Shown here: positions 56,427 to 64,000 of the stretch, in pieces
Numbering within the stretch: the stretch's first letter is position 1
How the letters are laid out: every line of letters starts with the position of its first letter
Assembly (NCBI GenBank): GCA_963833985.1
Contig: CAWIAD010000001.1
Span: forward strand, 1,664,001 to 1,728,000
Length of the DNA: 64,000 bases
From: an uncultured Planctomycetaceae bacterium
GTDB taxonomy: Bacteria > Planctomycetota > Planctomycetia > Isosphaerales > Isosphaeraceae
Direction of reading: 5' to 3'
The notes under the pieces: model-generated
What the model was told of the DNA's origin: nothing
The model's database searches: none
What the model saw: only the letters and a program-made list of their open reading frames with translations
Made by a program: the position numbers and the translations under genes

Positions 56427-58105
56427 ACGACGGGCCGGAGGAAGAGAAAAAACGGATGCAGGGCGAGAGCCAACCCGACTTGCCACCGCTTCCAAAGGGA
56501 TGGATCTGGGAGAGTCTCGAAACCATCTCACAAATCGACGGCGGCATTACAAAAGACCAGAAGCGCCGTTCGGCGGCTACAGCCAGGGAAGTTCCGTACC
56601 TCCGGGTGGCAAACGTGCAGCGCGGCTTCCTCGACCTGCGCGAGATCAAGACAATCGTGGCCGATGAGAAGGAGATTTAAACGCTCCGCCTCCGGTAAGG
56701 GGATGTCTTGTTCACTGAGGGGGGCGACCGAGACAAGTTGGGACGAGGGTGGGTCTGGAACGCGGAGATCAGCGAGTGCATACACCAAAATCACATTTTT
56801 CGTGCGCGTCCAGATGATAAGAGAATCGATCCGAGGTTTCTATCCTATCACGGCAATCACTTCGGACAGGTCTGGTTTACTCGAACCGGCAAGCAAACGA
56901 CGAACCTCGCATCAATTAACAAAAGTGTGTTACGTCGATTTCCAGTTCCCGTTCCCCCCTTGAACGAGCAGCGCCGCATCGACGCCAAGATCGAAGAGCT
57001 TTTCTCCGACCTCGATGCCGGGGTCGCCGCGCTGGAACGGGTGCGAGCGAACCTGAAGCGGTATCGAGCCGCCGTGCTCAAGGCAGCGGTGGAGGGCAAG
57101 CTCACCGAGGAATGGCGGGCGCAGCACCCCGACACCGAACCCGCCTCCGTCCTCCTCGACCGCATCCTCACCGAGCGCCGCCGCCAATGGGAGCAAGCCC
57201 AACTCGCCAAATTCGCCCACGCTGGCAAACAGCCCCCGAAGGGGTGGCAAGCGAAATATGAGGAACCGGACCCGCCGGATGCTCGTGGCCTTCCCTCGTT
57301 GCCAGGGGTATGGCGATGGATGAGGCTCGATTCGCTCGCCTCAATAGAGGGAGGGACCACGAAGGATCAAAAGCGGGCTCGCACTCCGACTACCTGAGAA
57401 GTGCCCTACCTGCGAGTCGCGAATGTCGAGCGTGGGCGATTGGAGCTTGGTGAGATCAAGACAATTCTTGCTGATCAGAAGGAGATTGAGGCTTTGCGAC
57501 TTATGAAGGGCGATGTCTTATTCACCGAAGGCGGAGACCGAGACAAACTTGGAAGAGGCTGGGTTTGGAACGAGGAAATCCCTGAGTGTATTCACCAGAA
57601 CCACGTCTTCAGGGCAAGGCTCATCGATGGGTCAGCAGAGCCGAAGCTCGTCTCTTATCACGGGAACTCTTTCGGACAGGAGTGGTTCACGAAAAACGGA
57701 AAACAAACGACCAACCTGGCCTCGATCAACAAGGGCATCTTGAGCCGTTTCCCCATCCCAGTTCCTCCAGCCCAGGAACAAGCACAGATCGTTGCCGAGG
57801 TTGAGCGCCGCTTATCAATCGTTGACAGGATCGAAGCCCAGGTGAACGCCAACTTGAAGCGTGCCGCTCGACTGCGCCAGGGCATCCTGAAACGAGCCTT
57901 CGAGGGCCGCCTTGTGCCGCAAGACCCGACCGACGAGCCCGCCGACAAGCTCCTGGAACGCATCCGTCAACAGAGACACACGCCGAAAGCTGCCACAAAG
58001 AGCCGCGCGGACTCACGTCGTCGGCGCTCGCCCGTCGATGTACAATCGGAGATGCCATTTTTCGACGAAGGAACTCGAGCCATCCGGAAAGGGGGAACAC
58101 CATGA
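56423..58105 (+). pseudogene. hsdS: Type I RM specificity subunit with three in-frame stops
   Basis: LPKGWIW, PPLNEQRRI, PPAQEQAQIV, LKRAFEGRLVPQDP; stops TAA 56678, TAA 56696 and TGA 57395 all lie in one continuous frame. Confidence 0.9.
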
Positions 58106-59052
58106 GCAATCGCATCGAGAAGGTTGTGCTCTCCAGCCCCCATCCGCATGGGGATCGACTGCCCCCCCACGCCGTGGGCCAGGCGCTGGTGTTGGTCCCT
58201 GAGCTAGTGCGGCAGTCGGTCGACATGGTGTTCCGGGGACAGAGCGCTCCCAGGGGCAGACGCCCCCACTGGCTCAAGGCTGCCGCGGATATCGCGCTCG
58301 TGGATGTGTCGGGAGGCGAGACCTCGGTCCTCACTTTCGAAGCCCCGACCTTGGGCGAGGCCGCGCCGGAGTTGTACTGGCAGGGGGAATTCCCGTGGAC
58401 CGACCAGCCGGATGCAGCGGACACCGGCTTCGACCTCCTCGGAGACGTTCTGACGGACGTAGCCCGCGAGAATGCCGAGAGCGATCGCTTCGATGCGCCG
58501 CTTTTGGAGAGACTGGGCGAGACGCGCAGGATTTTCAACGGTGCCTATTCCGAGCTCGCGATCATCAGCCACCGCCACGGAGTCGATGACCCCGCCTTGC
58601 TGAATCCCGCCAACCTCGAAATCGCCCGGCAGCTTCACGACCGCACGCCCCGCCCGCAGGCCGCCATCATCGTCGGCAAGCTCGACATGATGCGCCAGAG
58701 CACGCAGACGTTCGCGCTGATCATGGACGATGGTCAGGAAGTGCGTTGCGTGCTGCTGGATGACGATGTCGAGATGTTGAAGCCGCTATTCAATCAGCGC
58801 GTCGCCGTCTCAGGCCGCGTCGTTTTCCGCGTCTCGGGCCGAATCCTGCGGATGGAGGCGGAATCCGTTCGACTTGCCGTGCCTACAGACGCTTTCTTCG
58901 CCCGTCTGCCCCGCCCCAACGCCCAGAGATTCGACCTCCGGCGCATGGTCCGCGAACAAGGCTCCAAGCGCGGCCTCGCCGCGATCATGGGGAAGTGGCC
59001 GGGTGACGAGACCGACGAGGAGATCGACCAGTGGCTCCGGGAAATCAGTTGA
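58102..59052 (+). CDS. Uncharacterised 316-aa protein; probable OB-fold-like domain and antitoxin-like acidic C-terminus
   Basis: Intact ORF coupled to the hsdS stop; beta-rich IVGKLD..VRC..VAVSGRV region; tail GKWPGDETDEEIDQWL directly before the PIN gene. Confidence 0.75.
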   Translation: MSNRIEKVVLSSPHPHGDRLPPHAVGQALVLVPELVRQSVDMVFRGQSAPRGRRPHWLKAAADIALVDVSGGETSVLTFEAPTLGEAAPELYWQGEFPWTDQPDAADTGFDLLGDVLTDVARENAESDRFDAPLLERLGETRRIFNGAYSELAIISHRHGVDDPALLNPANLEIARQLHDRTPRPQAAIIVGKLDMMRQSTQTFALIMDDGQEVRCVLLDDDVEMLKPLFNQRVAVSGRVVFRVSGRILRMEAESVRLAVPTDAFFARLPRPNAQRFDLRRMVREQGSKRGLAAIMGKWPGDETDEEIDQWLREIS

Positions 59053-59062
59053 TGGCCGTCCC

Positions 59063-59497
59063 GTGACCTACCTTCTCGACACGAACATCATCATTCACCT
59101 GATACGTAAGTCGACCCTCGGGCTCGATGTCGATCGCGCTTACAGTCTCACGGCCTCGAGAACGAGAAACCTCATCAGCGTGGTCTCCGTGGGGGAACTG
59201 CTTTCGTTCGCCACGCGGCGGAACTGGGGAGCCGGGAAGATTTCAGCCCTGGAGGATGCCCTGGGGGAGCTTCTTTGGATTGACATCAACGACCGGGCCG
59301 TTCTTGAGTCCTATGCCCAGATCGAAGCGTTTACCCTGTCAAGCGGACGGAAGCTGGGGCAGAACGACCTATGGATCGCAGCATCCACGGCCGTCACTGG
59401 ATCGACCTTGTTGACGACCGACCGTGACTTCGACCACTTGAATGATTCGAAACTGCAACGAATCTGGATCGATCCGAACCAAGGCAAGACGCCATGA
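59063..59497 (+). CDS. PIN-domain (VapC-like) ribonuclease
   Basis: YLLDTNII, SVVSVGEL, NDLWIAA, LLTTDRDF: all four conserved acidic positions present. Confidence 0.92.
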   Translation: MTYLLDTNIIIHLIRKSTLGLDVDRAYSLTASRTRNLISVVSVGELLSFATRRNWGAGKISALEDALGELLWIDINDRAVLESYAQIEAFTLSSGRKLGQNDLWIAASTAVTGSTLLTTDRDFDHLNDSKLQRIWIDPNQGKTP

Positions 59498-59662
59498 GCA
59501 CCGACACCCAGCAAGTCGTCAGCAAAGTCTGGAACTTCGCCCACGTGCTCCGGGACGAGGGCTTGAGCGACATGGCCTACGTCGAGCAGATCACCTTTCT
59601 GCTGTTCCTCAAGATGGCGGACGAGCAGACGAAGCCGCCCTATCATCGCAAGCCGATCGTGC
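59494..59662 (+). pseudogene. hsdM: N-terminal stub of type I RM methyltransferase
   Basis: VVSKVWNFAHVLRDEGLS...YVEQITFLLFLKMADE is the EcoEI-type HsdM N-terminus; it breaks after about 56 codons. Confidence 0.88.
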
Positions 59663-59879
59663 TGCCCGGCTGCGCCAGGGCATCCTGAAACGGGACTTCG
59701 AGGGCCGCCTCGTGCCTCAAGACCCCACCGACGAGTCCGCCGATAAGCTCCTGGATCGCATCCAGCTCCGGGGAGCGGGAGCACTCCCTGTCACGATCGG
59801 TCGTCAGAAGCGATCGCGGAGCCCGTTGCGAAACAGTTCCAAGGGTCACGCACTCCGGCCTCGGGGTGAGGACAAATGA
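59658..59879 (+). pseudogene. hsdS: C-terminal remnant of a second hsdS
   Basis: RAARLRQGILKRDFEGRLVPQDPTDESADKLLDRI, a diverged copy of 57860-57965. Confidence 0.85.
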
Positions 59880-59920
59880 TGAGTCATGAGGTCGAAATTG
59901 AGTGCGGCGATGTTCCGCGA

Positions 59921-60118
59921 TCAGGACGACCTTCCTTCCGGGGTCATCTGTCCCTGGAATTGACTGGGGTTGGCCCGCGGAACTCCCTTGACCTCCTCGA
60001 CGATGAGCTGGGCGACCGGCATCCCGGGCCGAAGCAGGATGTTGGTCGGGCCCAGGTTGATCATCTCCAGTGTAAGCGTCCCTGCGAATCCAGGGTGGAC
60101 CGTCGGGGCGGTGAAGTG
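59921..60118 (-). pseudogene. dcd: dCTP deaminase C-terminal fragment
   Basis: Manual translation: HFTAPTVHPGFAGTLTLEMINLGPTNILLRPGMPVAQLIVEEVKG...FQGQ..*; the N-terminal part is missing. Confidence 0.8.
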
Positions 60119-60272
60119 GTGTGCGTGAGCAGGCTAAGCGACGCGAAATCAGCGATTCCTGAGCAACATCGCTGAGGGTACCAACAAAATTCCCCTCGAA
60201 GAGCCTGGTCACTTGATCAAGCTTCCCGAGGGGTGTACTCCGTGGTTTACCACAACAGCGGAGTACTCGACC

Positions 60273-60857
60273 ATGTATCATGATTTACCCCGGACCGCCA
60301 GGCTCTGGTCGTTTCTTTGGGCTGTCGACCAGCATCTCGCAGAGGAAACCCGCAAGCAAGCATGTTCATGTGGCGGCCGCCTGCACGCCGCCAACTATCT
60401 CCGCAAGCCACGCGGCACTGCCGTCCAGCTACCCGAGCAAGAATGCCTCAGACTGAGCTTCTGCTGCGATCGCGAGGGCTGCAGGAAGAGAGTCACACCG
60501 CCGTCGGTGCGCTTCCTGGGCCGCAAGGTCTACCTGGGCGCGATCGTGATCCTCATCAGCGCCATGCGGCAGGGACCCTCGCCACGCCGCGTCCGCGAGC
60601 TTTCCACACGCTTCGGCGCCGACCGCCGGACCATCGCCCGCTGGCAGGTCTTCTGGCGCGAACGCTTTCCTCAGACACCATTCTGGAAGGTTGCAGGCGC
60701 CCGGTTGGTGCCGGTCCTGGAGATCCTCTCCCTTCCCTACTCACTTGTCGACGCCTTCCTCTCCCGCCATCGCATCTGCAAAGGGTGGACGCTCCTGCTG
60801 CGGTTTCTCGCACCGATCACGATCCCCGGCGGCCTGCGAATCGAGGTCTCGCGATGA
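60273..60857 (+). CDS. Transposon-associated Cys-rich (Zn-binding) / HTH-like protein
   Basis: CSCGGRLH..SFCCDREGCRKR; GADRRTIARW HTH-like segment; GGAG RBS. Confidence 0.75.
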   Translation: MYHDLPRTARLWSFLWAVDQHLAEETRKQACSCGGRLHAANYLRKPRGTAVQLPEQECLRLSFCCDREGCRKRVTPPSVRFLGRKVYLGAIVILISAMRQGPSPRRVRELSTRFGADRRTIARWQVFWRERFPQTPFWKVAGARLVPVLEILSLPYSLVDAFLSRHRICKGWTLLLRFLAPITIPGGLRIEVSR

Positions 60858-60953
60858 TCGCTTTCCACCCGCAGAAGATGCTCGTCGCCGATTTTGATCC
60901 GCCGATTTATAGAGGTTGTCACGGTCCCTTCACCCGACTTGTGAGGAGATGTG

Positions 60954-62427
60954 ATGACTCAAAGACACCCCTGTTCAACCGCTGCCTTGTGGGCACGGTT
61001 TCGGTTCTCCGTGGTGGGCTCGCTCCTGAGCTCTCCCCCTGCGCGGATCGCTTCAGACAGCGATCTGCTCCCTTGCCGAAAAGACCTGGTCGCATCCTGT
61101 GACGGGGCGCGATGTCCGCGTCGCGGCCGCCACCATCGCGCGCTGGTACTACACGGCGCTCCACCAGCCTGACGACCCGGTCGCCGCCTTGCGTCGTGCC
61201 GTGCGGAAAGACTGCGGAAAGATCTCGCTGGCGGCGACCCTCGCCGAGCGACTCCATCTCCAGTATCGCGATCACACGGACTGGAGCTATCAACTGCACT
61301 ACGACAACCTCGCCGCGCTCTTGAAGGCCGATCCCTCACTGGGGCGGCTCCCCTCCTATTCCACGATCAAGCGTTTCATGCAGGCTCACGGCCTGGTGCG
61401 CAGACCGAGGCTCCGGCCCGGCGGACGCCCTGGCGAAGTCCGCGCCCAAGAGAGGCGTCAGACACGGGAAATCCGCAGCTACGAAGCCACCCATGTCGGA
61501 GCGCTCTGGCATCTCGATTTCCACCACGGATCGCTCAAGGTGCTCACTCCCGGCGGCCAGTGGCTGCGGCCAATCGCGCTGGGCATCCTCGATGACCACT
61601 CACGACTGTGCTGCCACGTTCAGTGGTATCTCTCGGAGACCGCCGAGGACCTGGTGCACGGACTCTCCCAGGCGATCCAGAAACGGGGCCTGCCGCGTGC
61701 GCTGTTGACCGATAACGGCTCCGCGATGGTGGCCGAGGAAGTCACCGAAGGGCTCTTGCGTCTGGGCATCGTCGCAGAGCGAACGCTCCCTTATAGCCCG
61801 TATCAAAACGGCAAGCAGGAGGCGTTCTGGGGCACGCTCGAGGGGCGGCTCATGAAGATGCTCGATGGTGTCAGGGAATTGACCCTGGAATTGCTCAATG
61901 AGGCAACCCAGGCCTGGATGGAAATTGAGTACAACCGCGCCGTGCACCGCGAGACCGGCAGCTCGCCGGTCGACCGCTTCGCCAAGGCCCCCGATGTGCT
62001 TCGCTCGAGCCCTTCGAGTGTAGCGCTGCGTGCGGCATTCCGCCTGGAGACCAAGAGGAGCCAGCGTCAAAGCGACGGCACCATCTCACTGGAGGGGAGG
62101 CGCTTCGAGATTCCGGCAAGGTACCGTCACTTCCGCGCAGTGACCGTCCGTTACGCCCGCTGGGACCTCGGCCGGATCGATCTGGTCGACGAGCAAAGTG
62201 GAACCGTCCTGGCTCCCATTTATCCCCTCGACAAAGCCGCCAACGCCGACGGCCGCCGGGCCGTAACCGGGTCCGGTGGCACCGAGGTGCCGTCCCCAGA
62301 GCAGCGGCGCGACGCCGGCGAACTGCCACCCCTCCTGAAAAGGATCCTCCAGGAGTACTCGGCCACGGGCATGCCGCCGGCCTATTTGCCCAGGACATCC
62401 CCGAAAGACAACGGAGAACCCTCATGA
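60954..62427 (+). CDS. DDE transposase/integrase (rve core, Mu/TnsB-like C-terminus); frameshift near 61045
   Basis: WHLDFHH, ILDDHSR, LTDNGS, PYQNGKQE, EYNRAVH, DGTISLEG; N-terminus WARFRFSVVGSLL in the adjacent frame. Confidence 0.9.
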
Positions 62428-63269
62428 ATAGCAAGAAACTGCTGGCACTCTATGGGCTGAAATGGAACCCGTTTTCACCCGAGCTTCCTCCCGAAGCACT
62501 GCTGGCGCCCCCCAGGATCGAGCAATTTGCCTGGCGCGTGGAACAGCTGGTCCAGGAAGGAGGCTTCGCGCTGATCACGGGTGAGTCGGGCACCGGCAAA
62601 TCGGTGGCGCTGCGGATTGTGGCCGGGCGGCTGGCGGCGCTGCGGGATGTCACCGTCGGTGTGATCGAGCGACCCCAGTCGAAGAGCCCCGACTTCTATC
62701 GGGAGCTGGGGGACATCTTCGCGGTGAAGCTGGCACCGCACAATCGCTGGTGCGGGTTCAAGGCGCTCCGCGAGCGGTGGAAAGCCCACGTGGCCTCCTC
62801 GCGGATCCGCCCGGTGCTGCTGATCGACGAAGCCCAGGAGATGAGCCCTGAGGTCCTCTGCGAGCTGCGTATTCTCTCCAGCGCCGACTTCGATGCCACG
62901 TCGCTTTTGACCGTGATCCTCTCGGGAGATGAACGACTGCTGGAACTGTTGCGGCACGAAGATCTGGTGCCCCTGGGCACCCGGATTCGCACGCGACTGG
63001 TCACCGAGCCCGCCACCCGCGAAGAGCTCCTGGAGTTGCTTCAACACGCGCTGGCCAAGGCCGGCAATGCCGCGCTCATGACGCCCCAGCTCGCAGAGAC
63101 ACTGGTCGACCACAGCGCGGGGAACTACCGTTTGCTCATGATTATGGGAGGTGAGCTCTTGGCCCATGGCATGGCGCACGAAATCGGGCAGCTTGACGAG
63201 AAGTGCTACCTCGAGGTCTATCAGCCGCGAGGCCCGCGCCCCGCGCTGAAGAAGAAAGCGAAGGTGTGA
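62424..63269 (+). CDS. ExeA-family AAA+ ATPase (transposition helper)
   Basis: YGLKWNPF, GESGTGKS, LIDEAQ; ATGA overlap with the transposase. Confidence 0.9.
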   Translation: MNSKKLLALYGLKWNPFSPELPPEALLAPPRIEQFAWRVEQLVQEGGFALITGESGTGKSVALRIVAGRLAALRDVTVGVIERPQSKSPDFYRELGDIFAVKLAPHNRWCGFKALRERWKAHVASSRIRPVLLIDEAQEMSPEVLCELRILSSADFDATSLLTVILSGDERLLELLRHEDLVPLGTRIRTRLVTEPATREELLELLQHALAKAGNAALMTPQLAETLVDHSAGNYRLLMIMGGELLAHGMAHEIGQLDEKCYLEVYQPRGPRPALKKKAKV

Positions 63270-63271
63270 CG

Positions 63272-64000
63272 ATGGCGACCAGTGGCGAGCAAGTGCTTCC
63301 GGTGGTGCGTGTGGCCGAGCTTCCCAGCGATGAGCTCGCGGAGCGATGGCTGGTGGAGCAGCTCTGGTGTGCCCACGCGGTGGGCGTCATCGGCGGCGCT
63401 CCGAAGTGCGCCAAGACGTGGCTGGGGCTGGACATGGCCCTCTCCGTAGCCACGGGCACACCATGCCTGGGCAAGTATGCCGTACCGGAGCCGGGACCGG
63501 TTCTGGTTTACCTGGCTGAGGATGCGCTGCGGGCTGTGCGCGAACGTATCGAGGGAATGGCCCGGCATCGCGGTCTGGATCTCGACGAGGTGTCGATCCA
63601 CGTGATCACGGTCCCGGTGCTCCGGCTCGATCACGATCGAGACCGCACGCGGCTGTGGGAGACAGTGCGGGGGCTTCGGCCTCGGCTGCTGGTGCTGGAT
63701 CCCCTGGTGCGACTTCACGGCATCGACGAGAATCATGCTGGCGACGTCGCCGAATTACTCGGGTATCTGCGGTCGTTGCAGCGTCAGCTTGGCCTGGCGG
63801 TTCTGCTGGTGCATCACACGCGGAAGAACGCCGCGGACGGTGTTGCCGCCGGTCAGGGCCTGCGTGGGTCGGGTGACATACATGCCTTCGGCGACTCGAA
63901 CCTGTATCTCCAGCGCACGAAGGAGCACCTGATCCTCTCCAGCGAGCACCGGTCGGCGCCGGCAGTAGCGCCTGTTTATCTGGAGCTGGTCGCCACCGAC
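63272..64000 (+). CDS. AAA_25 / RepA-like RecA-fold ATPase (partial; not in ORF track)
   Basis: Manual translation: WLVEQLW, GGAPKCAKT, VYLAED, LVLDPL..DEN, LVHHTRK, LRGSG; open to the window end. Confidence 0.85.
   Translation, partial: MATSGEQVLPVVRVAELPSDELAERWLVEQLWCAHAVGVIGGAPKCAKTWLGLDMALSVATGTPCLGKYAVPEPGPVLVYLAEDALRAVRERIEGMARHRGLDLDEVSIHVITVPVLRLDHDRDRTRLWETVRGLRPRLLVLDPLVRLHGIDENHAGDVAELLGYLRSLQRQLGLAVLLVHHTRKNAADGVAAGQGLRGSGDIHAFGDSNLYLQRTKEHLILSSEHRSAPAVAPVYLELVATD

Larger units (their letters stand above)
60120..64000 (+). mobile_element. DDE transposon (Cys-rich ORF, rve-type transposase, ExeA-like ATPase, AAA_25 protein); right end beyond window
   Basis: Begins TGTG.. where dcd similarity stops; four co-oriented ORFs follow. 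Confidence 0.8.

Noticed and set aside
56678..57397. Stop-codon reassignment or selenocysteine in hsdS
   Set aside because: Two different stop types at E/K/R positions; neighbouring genes end in the same codons; hsdM is also destroyed
59876..60175. 99-aa plus-strand ORF
   Set aside because: It is antisense to the dcd fragment and crosses the transposon end
60120..64000. CRISPR-associated or canonical Tn7 transposon
   Set aside because: No cas genes, array, TnsA or recognisable TniQ within the window

Overview
High-GC bacterial window whose gene content and secreted-protein N-termini (RRR..LExLExR/K motif, DUF1571, ThuA, DUF1080) point to a Planctomycete, probably Isosphaeraceae-like (inference). 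Bases 1-53,100 are mostly housekeeping/accessory genes: msrB, fumC, accA, typA, larC, glycosyltransferases, an M16 peptidase and an aryl-sulfate sulfotransferase. They also include a hydrazine-synthase-like multi-heme gene pair and a ~2,850-aa YDG/MBG repeat surface protein. From ~53,300 to the end is a defence/mobile island. It holds a decaying EcoEI-type type I RM locus: hsdR, an hsdS with twin TRDs and three nonsense codons, and an hsdM stub fused to the tail of a second hsdS. An intact large-partner + PIN nuclease pair sits inside that locus. Next is a dCTP-deaminase remnant on the minus strand, absent from the ORF track, cut by a transposon encoding a Cys-rich protein, a DDE transposase, an ExeA-like ATPase and a RecA-fold AAA_25 helicase-like protein. 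At least nine genes carry single 1-2 nt frameshifts, most plausibly long-read sequencing errors. No rRNA, tRNA or CRISPR array was seen. All family calls are by eye, without database searches.
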